Source: Candidatus Asbonarchaeum danakilense (GTDB lineage: Archaea; Nanohalarchaeota; Nanosalinia; Nanosalinales; Nanoanaerosalinaceae). Taken from it: 48,296 bases of DNA. The position numbers were made by a program, and so were the translations under genes. The notes under the pieces are model-generated. The model saw only the letters and a list, made by a program, of their open reading frames with translations. It was not told the origin of the DNA and searched no databases. Within the stretch, counting starts at the first letter, position 1. Each line of letters opens with the position of its first letter. Shown piece by piece: positions 17,264 to 24,360 of this stretch. The stretch spans positions 1 through 48,296 of the forward strand of contig JAXINV010000034.1 in the NCBI GenBank assembly GCA_034190465.1, written 5' to 3'.

Positions 17264-18257
17264 CCTGTATCGCCTCGATCTTTGTGGTTATCTCGTGCTG
17301 TATACTAGGTTTCTCGACCTCGTTCACGATGAGTTCCATCGCGTCGAAGAAGTCGTTCCGCTGTGAACGACCCTTCACTGCAACCCTGGTGCCGACTACC
17401 TTTTTAGCGTGGTCCTGTACCTTCCGCGAGTTCCCCTGGAATTCCTCGTCCTCAGCGTCCAGGAGTTCCTTGGCGTCGTCCCGGAAGAAGACGCACCGGA
17501 TGTTGCCGAAGCCGTCGTCGACGACGGCCGACAGGGCCAGGTTGTACTCGGGGTCGACGTCCCCGTGCTCGGGGCATTCGTAGTCGTCGTCCTTTTTCAG
17601 GGTCTCGCCGCATTCCGGACATGTCTGGTAGAACGGGTTCTTTGTGTAGATCTGAAGGACCTCGCCGCTGATCTCGTAGTTGCCTTCCTTGGTCGTGATG
17701 TCGTCGATCCGGGTGCGTTCGTAGCCGCTTCCGCTGCTGTCGCCGCTGCTGGACTGCTTGACGTCCCCGACCTCGTCGTCGCCGATGCGCTTGATCTTGG
17801 TGCTGTCGCCGATCCGGAGCTCGGGGTTGCCGCGGTTGTCCTCCTTGGAGTATGCGTTTGCGACCTCGATGTTGTCGCCTTCGTCGATTTTGTCGGCGAC
17901 GTCGACCTGGTCGTCCCACAGCGACATCCGGAGTGTGCCTGTCTCGTCGCCGAGGACCAGGTTCTGGACCTGTCCTTCCTCGCCGTCGTCACGCTCGAAC
18001 GTGTTGAGGTCGGTGATGTTGATGACCTTGGCCTTGAGATTGACCCGGTTCATGTCGGGGACGACGCTCTCGATCTTGAGGTCCTTGTCGACGTCCTTCT
18101 CGATCGTGACGCCGTGCTCCCGTGCGACCAGGTGGGCTGCCCCCTCTTCGGAGACGAGCCCTGAGAATTCTTCTTCCTTCTCGTTGATCTTCTCCCTGAC
18201 GTCGTCCTCGTCAAGTTCCGACTCGTCCGCGATCTTCTGTATTAGTTCGTCTACCAT
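17256..18257 (-). CDS. rpa: Replication protein A (OB folds plus Zn finger)
   Basis: [14 protein letters not shown]-domain, LGDETG..RMSLW, CPEC...[16 protein letters not shown]. Confidence 0.9.
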   Translation of the reverse strand: MVDELIQKIADESELDEDDVREKINEKEEEFSGLVSEEGAAHLVAREHGVTIEKDVDKDLKIESVVPDMNRVNLKAKVINITDLNTFERDDGEEGQVQNLVLGDETGTLRMSLWDDQVDVADKIDEGDNIEVANAYSKEDNRGNPELRIGDSTKIKRIGDDEVGDVKQSSSGDSSGSGYERTRIDDITTKEGNYEISGEVLQIYTKNPFYQTCPECGETLKKDDDYECPEHGDVDPEYNLALSAVVDDGFGNIRCVFFRDDAKELLDAEDEEFQGNSRKVQDHAKKVVGTRVAVKGRSQRNDFFDAMELIVNEVEKPSIQHEITTKIEAIQDE

Positions 18258-18261
18258 CGTG

Positions 18262-18459
18262 CTACTCGAGTGCCTGTTCGACGTCGTCCTTTGTTATGAC
18301 TTTACGCTTGCTTTCCTGCGCGATGCCCACTGCCTCTTCGGAGATGTATCCGGCGAAGAGTTCGATCGTGTCCGCGAGTTCCTCGGCAGCGTCTTCTTCG
18401 ACGTCTTCAGCGCCTGCTTCTTCCAGCAGACGCCGCGTTGTTTTCGTGGAGAGTTCCAT
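18262..18459 (-). CDS. Archaeal histone, acidic variant
   Basis: RRLLEEAGA...A...SKRKVITKDDV histone-fold pattern. Confidence 0.85.
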   Translation of the reverse strand: MELSTKTTRRLLEEAGAEDVEEDAAEELADTIELFAGYISEEAVGIAQESKRKVITKDDVEQALE

Positions 18460-18593
18460 CGGCCTGGTGTAAGCTTGCTGTACGGTTCTTAAATATCTGG
18501 AGCCTGTTCACACGGAATGTTGTAACCGAACATATATAATTCATTGCTCACGAAAGTATTAATTGCGACGATGATCATTGGGGGTATGGGGGG

Positions 18594-18872
18594 ATGACGG
18601 AACTGCGTGACATGTTCCTGCACGGGAAGCCGGCCCGGATTTTGGTAGGGATCAAGCGGGGGCGCGAGTCGAAGTACGCATCTATCCTCTCTAAGGAGGC
18701 GGACTGTACGTATTCTCACACGGTGAAGATCCTCAACACATTCCAGGACAACGGCCTGGTGGAGTTCGAGAAGGAAGGCCGGAAGAAGCTGGTCGAACTC
18801 ACCGACGACGGCTACAAGCTCGCCCGGAAGATGGAAGGCATCATCGACCACCTGGACGAACTCCCGAACTGA
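18594..18872 (+). CDS. Small winged-helix (MarR-like) DNA-binding protein
   Basis: YASILSKEADCTYSHTVKIL...GLV.FEKEGRKKLVELT..G. Confidence 0.88.
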   Translation: MTELRDMFLHGKPARILVGIKRGRESKYASILSKEADCTYSHTVKILNTFQDNGLVEFEKEGRKKLVELTDDGYKLARKMEGIIDHLDELPN

Positions 18873-18989
18873 CGCTGTTCGTTCTTTCGGCACAATGATA
18901 CTGTTCACTTGTTCCGCACACCTTGGTTGTTCGCGGGTATCGAACACCCACGACGTGAGTGTTTGCTTGCGACGAACAACCAGGCGGCC

Positions 18990-19400
18990 TGACCTCCGTG
19001 ACACCCCGTCGTGTTTCCCGGCGGATCGGCCGCCCGCACCCATGGTTGCGCGCGGTGAGATGTTGGCCGAAAATCGCGGAAAAGTCCGAACGCTCGGAGG
19101 TCTTGCCAAGATCGCTCAGCGCTGCCAGAAAAACGACCTGTGTTTATAAACTCGTGCCGGAACCGTGGTTTCTGCATATGTCTCTGGCGCGTACCCGTGG
19201 TGCAAGGGCACAGTGATATAAATGTTGACGATATTGTCAACAGCCCGATTCAGTCGCTCGATCGCTTGTTGACTCGCGAGCAAACAGTTGCCTGTGAAGT
19301 AAACATGTTGGCTAAGGAGTAAATTTTAGCATTTCTTGGGTGTGTGCTGCATTTGAACACTCGCCCGCCGGTTCCACTCGAAACCACGGGGTCGTGGTGA
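18990..19400. other. Candidate replication origin (oriC) with ORB elements flanking an AT-richer stretch
   Basis: GTTCCACTCGAAACCACGGGG at 19371-19391 (+); inverted GATCCGCCGGGAAACACGACGGGG at 19004-19027 (-); partial inverted copy at 19163-19172; long non-coding gap. Confidence 0.65.
19223..19242. promoter_or_regulatory. 20-bp near-perfect palindrome (operator-like)
   Basis: TGTTGAC-GATATT-GTCAACA directly after GATATAAA. Confidence 0.5.
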
Positions 19401-19489
19401 CGGCGTGTTGTGGTTGTGGGGTTGGCTGCCCCCCGCCAATGGTTGTTCATATAGAGCGAACAACGAGGATGTTCGTCGTTGCCACACAG

Positions 19490-19960
19490 TCACTCGACGA
19501 GGGTGGCGTCGTCGATCACGATGAGGTCGTGGCTGTCGCCGTCGAGGAAGGGTTCCTCTTCCGCCGCGGTCGCGGTGCTGCCCTCGACCTGGACGGCCTG
19601 GTCGTACGGGTGGTCGGCGACCTCGACGTCGTCGGGGATGATGTCGCCCAGCTTGTCGTCGGGGTCGACGGCGTAGATGAACTGGCTGCCGTCTGTGGCG
19701 TCGGGCTGATCGTACAGTTCGAAGGTGGGGTATGTGGCGTCCTGGAAGCCGAAGTCCCAGGCGGCGTCGCCGGTGAAGTCGGCGTAGCCCTCTGTCCGGA
19801 CTTCGTCGTAGTCGTCGGCGTCCTTGATCAGGGTTGCCATGTCGACGTCGGTGTAGTTGTCGTCGGGGTCGCTGGCCGTGCAGCCGGCCAGTCCTGCGAG
19901 TGCTGCGGCTCCGCCTGCTTTGATGAATGTCCGCCGGTCGAGATACTGGTCGTCTGTCAT
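19490..19960 (-). CDS. Tat-exported lipoprotein of unknown function
   Basis: MTDDQYLDRRTFIK (twin-arginine) followed by lipobox LAGC. Confidence 0.85.
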   Translation of the reverse strand: MTDDQYLDRRTFIKAGGAAALAGLAGCTASDPDDNYTDVDMATLIKDADDYDEVRTEGYADFTGDAAWDFGFQDATYPTFELYDQPDATDGSQFIYAVDPDDKLGDIIPDDVEVADHPYDQAVQVEGSTATAAEEEPFLDGDSHDLIVIDDATLVE

Positions 19961-20054
19961 TGTATTTACTGAGTGGTGGCGAAATTCTTTTAACTTTGGA
20001 GGTGCTGTTGACTCTGCCGTTAACTTTTTGTCGTGTCGCCGCCAAGTATTGGCC

Positions 20055-20429
20055 ATGAAGATCGATTACGAGGAGACGTCGACGCGGATGCCGCGGGAAC
20101 GGATGCTGGAACAGATCTTTCCGACACAGGAGGAGTACCGGGCGATCACGGCGGATATCCTGGACCTGTTCGCTGAGGAGGCGGAGCGGGTGCAGGGCGG
20201 TCGTGAGCTGGAGGTGTCGTCGGTGGTGTCGAAGCTGCAGGACCGCGGCCACAACCGCCACACGGTGTACAAGCTGCTGAACGAGCACCTGGTGCCGATG
20301 GGGCTGGTGAACTGGGAGAAGTTTGAGGGTTCGATCCAGCTGTCGAAGCGGTTCGGCAACGCGCTGCGGAACTTCTCGGTGTCGTGGAAGAACTTTGTGG
20401 ACGACCTGCAGCAGGGCGAGCTGGACTAG
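20055..20429 (+). CDS. Hypothetical protein, probable winged-helix fold
   Basis: Start at MKIDY; NRHTVYKLLNEHLVPMGLV pattern followed by a beta hairpin. Confidence 0.7.
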   Translation: MKIDYEETSTRMPRERMLEQIFPTQEEYRAITADILDLFAEEAERVQGGRELEVSSVVSKLQDRGHNRHTVYKLLNEHLVPMGLVNWEKFEGSIQLSKRFGNALRNFSVSWKNFVDDLQQGELD

Positions 20430-20830
20430 CTGTCCTGGTAGGCGCGGATGAACCGTTCGGTGCTGTCGTTGAGCGGCATGTCGAGCGCCTGCTCTGGTGA
20501 GACCCAGCGGAAGTCCTCGGCCTCGCGCTGGTCGAGTTCGACGCCGGTTGATGCGGCCTGGCAGATGTAGTTGACGTAGACGAAGCCGGTGTCCCGCTCG
20601 AAGCTGTCCGGCTGTCCGGACATGACGGTGAGGAGTTCGATGTCCTCGATCTCGAGGCCGGTCTCTTCCCTGATCTCTCTGCGGAGGCAGTCCTCTGGGT
20701 CTTCGCCGGGTTCGATGTGGCCGCCGGGTACGACCCAGCGGTCATCCCATTTCGGTGACTGCATGAGGAAGAGTTCGCCGCTGTCGTTGACGATGAGGCC
20801 GCCTGTGACGGGTTCGGGGTAGTCGGTCAT
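20426..20830 (-). CDS. NUDIX hydrolase
   Basis: PGGHIEPGEDPEDCLRREIREETGL Nudix box. Confidence 0.93.
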   Translation of the reverse strand: MTDYPEPVTGGLIVNDSGELFLMQSPKWDDRWVVPGGHIEPGEDPEDCLRREIREETGLEIEDIELLTVMSGQPDSFERDTGFVYVNYICQAASTGVELDQREAEDFRWVSPEQALDMPLNDSTERFIRAYQDS

Positions 20831-20957
20831 ACGCTGTGGTGCGGGCGGCATGTTCTTGTGCGTTCGGGAGGGCTGTTCACTGGTTCTGAACACGCATGGG
20901 GGAGCGAGAATGATAGAAGGAGCTGTCCTGTGAGGGGCAGCGTATGGTGCTGTTTGG

Positions 20958-20995
20958 ACGGCAGCGATCAGGCTTACGCCCTCATCTCCTGCCGT
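20958..20995 (-). other. Kink-turn hairpin in the 3' UTR of a microprotein gene
   Basis: Minus strand ACGGCAG-GA-GAU-GA-GGGC-GUAA-GCCU-GA-UC-G-CUGCCGU. Confidence 0.7.
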
Positions 20996-21001
20996 GGGGT
21001 A

Positions 21002-21118
21002 CTACATGGAGATCTGGCGGACTTCGGTGTCGGATGCTACTTTGACGACCTCAAGTCCGTTTTCTCCTGGTTCCTGACCTTCGAGTTCTTTTTCGAAATT
21101 CTGGCATTCGAAGCACAT
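21002..21118 (-). CDS. 38-aa microprotein with N-terminal CxxC (not in ORF track)
   Basis: MCFECQNFEKELEGQEPGENGLEVVKVASDTEVRQISM; GAGGTG SD upstream of the ATG; acidic. Confidence 0.7.
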   Translation of the reverse strand: MCFECQNFEKELEGQEPGENGLEVVKVASDTEVRQISM

Positions 21119-21262
21119 TGGGTTGGCACCTCGTTGCGGGTCGCGGTGGGGTCACGACCCGAGTCTGTGTTTGTGGGGAACGTTTCTGTTGGGATTTTTG
21201 CAGTGCGCTAACTGGCACTTAATGATCAAGAAGCAGGGTCGGTGTGGCACGTCATCCCCCGT

Positions 21263-21352
21263 TTACCAGTGCTTGGGAGAGAAGCCGTACATAATGCTGG
21301 GCAGATCAATCTCGAAAAGGGTGTTCGCGTTGACCTGACCAGCTTCTGACAT
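21263..21352 (-). CDS. Possible 29-aa leaderless peptide/uORF
   Basis: MSEAGQVNANTLFEIDLPSIMYGFSPKHW; minus-strand TTTTTATAG TATA at 21377-21385, about 25 nt upstream. Confidence 0.45.
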   Translation of the reverse strand: MSEAGQVNANTLFEIDLPSIMYGFSPKHW

Positions 21353-21421
21353 TGTAGCGTATCATGCGGGGCAGGTCTATAAAAAACTTGCGCTATTTCC
21401 CGTCCTTATTTTGAAGAGATG

Positions 21422-22180
21422 TTAGTCAATGTAGGGGGAGAACTTCCGTTCTGTTAAGCGATGGTAGGTTTCCTCCATCAGTGGCTTTAAGTTGATGACG
21501 TCTTTCTGGTTGTAGGTGACCAGGGTCTCGAGCGCGTCCTGGTTGCCGCGCTGGTACTGTTTCCACAGCCGGATGGCTTCACGGCCGTCGATGTCGTCGA
21601 TGTCGTCACGCCCGATACCGAGCTGGTTCTCGATGGCTTTGAGCCCCCCGCTGAGCCCGACCTGTTTGCAGGCGTACATGAGGTCGACGTGTGGCATGTC
21701 GGGGTCGACGCCGAGCGATTCACTGATGAACGGCATGTCGAACCGTTTGCCGTTGAAGGTGACGAGGAGGCCATGTTTTTTCAGCTCTTTCGCGAGCCGC
21801 TCGCTGCTCAGGTCCTGCCCCTGGACGAGGGTTGTTGCGTCGTCGCCGTCGTAGATGCTGACGGTGGTGATGTCGTCCCGGCGCTGGTCGAGGCCGGTGG
21901 TCTCGATGTCGAGGTAGGCGATGGAGCCGTCGAACTCGCGGTACAGCCGCCACTGCTCTGCCTGCGGCATGGTGTGGTCGAAGAAGGCGGCGTTCTGCTT
22001 GTCGAGGTTCTTCTCGGCTTTGTCGAGGAAACGGTCGTGCCGTTGTTTCCGCTGGTCGCCGATACGGTTGATGTCGTCGGCGCTGCGGAAGTCCTCCCAG
22101 GTGGTGATGCCCTGCTCCCAGATCCGCTGTTCGGTCCGTTCGCCGACGCCGTCCATGAGGAGGAAGCTGTTCCTGAGCAT
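21422..22180 (-). CDS. YprB-like RNase H-fold exonuclease
   Basis: YLDIETTGL, VTFNGKRFDMPF, HVDL, GGLKAIE, YNQKDV. Confidence 0.92.
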   Translation of the reverse strand: MLRNSFLLMDGVGERTEQRIWEQGITTWEDFRSADDINRIGDQRKQRHDRFLDKAEKNLDKQNAAFFDHTMPQAEQWRLYREFDGSIAYLDIETTGLDQRRDDITTVSIYDGDDATTLVQGQDLSSERLAKELKKHGLLVTFNGKRFDMPFISESLGVDPDMPHVDLMYACKQVGLSGGLKAIENQLGIGRDDIDDIDGREAIRLWKQYQRGNQDALETLVTYNQKDVINLKPLMEETYHRLTERKFSPYID

Positions 22181-22230
22181 CGGGGAAAGGTCGGGAGCCG
22201 AGGATTAAATGTGTGTCGGCCGGAGGATTG

Positions 22231-22280
22231 GAAAAAAAGGAAGGGGGTGGCGACGCTCGACCGGGGCTCTGCGTCCCCGG
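22231..22280 (-). terminator. Hairpin plus U-tract after the histone gene
   Basis: CCGGGG/CCCCGG stem (22261-22280), then a T-run on the minus strand (A-run 22232-22238). Confidence 0.5.
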
Positions 22281-22290
22281 CGGGAACGGC

Positions 22291-22497
22291 TTATCGCTCC
22301 CGTCGTGCCGCCATGACGTCCTCTCGCTGGACTGTCTTTCGGTTGGCGTGCTGTGCGTAGTCGCGAGCCCGCTCTGCCATGTCCAGAGCACGGTCTTCGA
22401 CTTCGTCTCTGAGTGCCTCAACGGCATCGTCAGAGACTCGTTCTCCGCCAGCACGTCGCAGAATTCTTTTCAGAGGCGCTAGTGGTAGTTCTGCCAT
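22291..22497 (-). CDS. Archaeal histone (HMf-like, canonical)
   Basis: MAELPLAPLKRILRRAGGERVSDDA...HANRKTVQREDV; AGGTGA SD. Confidence 0.95.
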   Translation of the reverse strand: MAELPLAPLKRILRRAGGERVSDDAVEALRDEVEDRALDMAERARDYAQHANRKTVQREDVMAARRER

Positions 22498-22567
22498 GTT
22501 GTTCACCTGTATCGGAGTATGGTCCGAACCGGTTTATAAAACTTTGCCGGTACGGTGGGCGAGAGCG

Positions 22568-23083
22568 TTATTCGAGCCTGTCGAGCCGTGACTTCAGCCG
22601 CTTGACCTTTTCACGAGTCTCCCGCTGGAATTCGTCGAAGGCGGTGTGGCCGACCTTGCCGTTGAGTTCGGTCTCGACGTCGTCGAGCCGTTCCTCCATC
22701 TCCCGGACCGTTTGACGGATCTTGCCGTAGGTGGAGAGCCGCTGCCGGATGAACCGGAGGGAGTCCTTGATGTCGTCCAGCAGGTCGTTCTCTTCCTGGA
22801 GCTTGGGTTCGTACTCGGATTCGACCCGGTCCTCCAGGTCTTTGAGCTGTTCGCGGACGGACGAGATTGAGCCGCGGAGCGACCGCTCTGTCTCGCTGAG
22901 TGAGTCCTCCAGTTCGTCGATGTCGTAGTCCTCGCTCTGTTCCAGTGAACGCATCCTGTCCTCGATCTGGCCGACCCGCGAGTTCATCTTGTCGATGTTC
23001 TGCTGCAGTGAGTCGATCCGGTTGCTGAGCTGGTTGAGCTGCCGCTGCCGTTCCTGTCGTTCGTCGTCGCCGAACCCGAACAT
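22568..23083 (-). CDS. Long coiled-coil protein of unknown function
   Basis: Start MFGFGDD after an AGGTGA SD; heptad pattern over nearly the whole length. Confidence 0.8.
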   Translation of the reverse strand: MFGFGDDERQERQRQLNQLSNRIDSLQQNIDKMNSRVGQIEDRMRSLEQSEDYDIDELEDSLSETERSLRGSISSVREQLKDLEDRVESEYEPKLQEENDLLDDIKDSLRFIRQRLSTYGKIRQTVREMEERLDDVETELNGKVGHTAFDEFQRETREKVKRLKSRLDRLE

Positions 23084-23298
23084 GCTGTCACCTTGGCGCG
23101 GCGGTGCTGTCGTGAGACGTTTGTGCGGGCCGTGCTGTGGCTGCCATGCCCGTGTATGGTGCGCCGTGCAATAAAAACCCTTGCTGCGCTGCACGGGAGG
23201 AGATGCCCGCTCACGGCTTATATGGCTCTGTGGTGTACTGTCCACACTAATCTGGTTTATCCCTGTCTCGGCCGCACCTGTGTGTGGAAGGTGATCTG

Positions 23299-24288
23299 AT
23301 GGCTGGTGAAGGCCTTGGCGGCCGCATCGATCCGGACACGTGGGAGGAACGCTACCAAACATCCGAGGACGACCACGACGTCGTGGTGCTGGGCGATTTC
23401 ATCATCGATTACGTCATCCCGGTCGACGACGAGGTCTACGAGGAGATGGGCTGGCCGGACGAGGACTGGTTCCCTGAGCGGGGTGCCAGCGAGGAGGTCG
23501 ACGATGTGCCGGACGAAGTCCGTGACTACGCGGATGACGTCCTGCCGGGCGGCCGCTCGCCGAACCAGGCGGTGGCGGCGTCGAAGAGCGGGGCGGAGAC
23601 CCTGTTCGCGGGCCGTGTCGGTGCTGAGGACTACGCTCTCGACGATCTCGAGGACGAGGTGGACGCGATGCTGGAGCAGGACGGGTCCCGGACGACGGGC
23701 CAGGCGTACATCTTCCTTGAGGAGGACGGTGAAAACAGTATCGCGTGCGTGAAGGACGGCGACGGCCTGATCGACGAGAGCTACGTCGACCGGTTCGAGG
23801 ACGAGCTCATGGATGCGGAGTACCTGCTGGTCTCGGGCGGGATGCCGCACGACACGCTCGACTACGCGCTGGAGCTGCTCGAGGGGCGGGACGACCGCCC
23901 GCACGTGGTGCTGGATCCTTCCCCGGTCGACGGCGTGGACGAGCTGCTGGAGTACGACACGGTCGACACGGTGACGCCGAACGAGGTGGAGTACGCGGCG
24001 CTGGAGGACGAGCTTGACGACGGCGACTACGATGTGATCCGGACCAGCGGCGACGGCGCTGAGCTGAATGGCGAGTACGCGGTCGAGGCGCCGGACGTTG
24101 ACGTTGAGGACACGACCGGTGCCGGCGATACGTTCAACGGCTACCTCGCCGGCGGCTTGGCGCAGGGCATGGCGATGGAAAAGGCGATGGAGTACGCGGT
24201 CAACGCTGCCTCGCTCTCGGTTACCCGGCCGGGCGCGATGCCGTCGATCCCGGACGCGGATGAGGTCGACGCGATGCTCGAGGCCTGA
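23299..24288 (+). CDS. PfkB/ribokinase-family carbohydrate kinase
   Basis: PGGRSPNQAVA, TPNEVE, VEDTTGAGDTFNG. Confidence 0.92.
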   Translation: MAGEGLGGRIDPDTWEERYQTSEDDHDVVVLGDFIIDYVIPVDDEVYEEMGWPDEDWFPERGASEEVDDVPDEVRDYADDVLPGGRSPNQAVAASKSGAETLFAGRVGAEDYALDDLEDEVDAMLEQDGSRTTGQAYIFLEEDGENSIACVKDGDGLIDESYVDRFEDELMDAEYLLVSGGMPHDTLDYALELLEGRDDRPHVVLDPSPVDGVDELLEYDTVDTVTPNEVEYAALEDELDDGDYDVIRTSGDGAELNGEYAVEAPDVDVEDTTGAGDTFNGYLAGGLAQGMAMEKAMEYAVNAASLSVTRPGAMPSIPDADEVDAMLEA

Positions 24289-24360
24289 GAGACGGCCTCG
24301 GCGTTTTTCTCTTCTCCGGCCGGGCAAGACATAAAGGATTCCGCGGCCAACTCGGGCACG

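Noticed and set aside
18895..19450. Short ORFs in the origin gap (18895-19149, 18905-19240, 18959-19216, 19140-19322, 19250-19450)
   Set aside because: Non-acidic, atypical codon use, no SD or motifs, and mutually overlapping
20958..20995. SECIS element
   Set aside because: It has the AUGA...GA core, but the upper helix is only 4 bp and the upstream ORF has no in-frame TGA
21230..21262. Fluoride riboswitch-like GGGGAUGA on the minus strand
   Set aside because: The P1 and pseudoknot partners required by the crcB motif were not found
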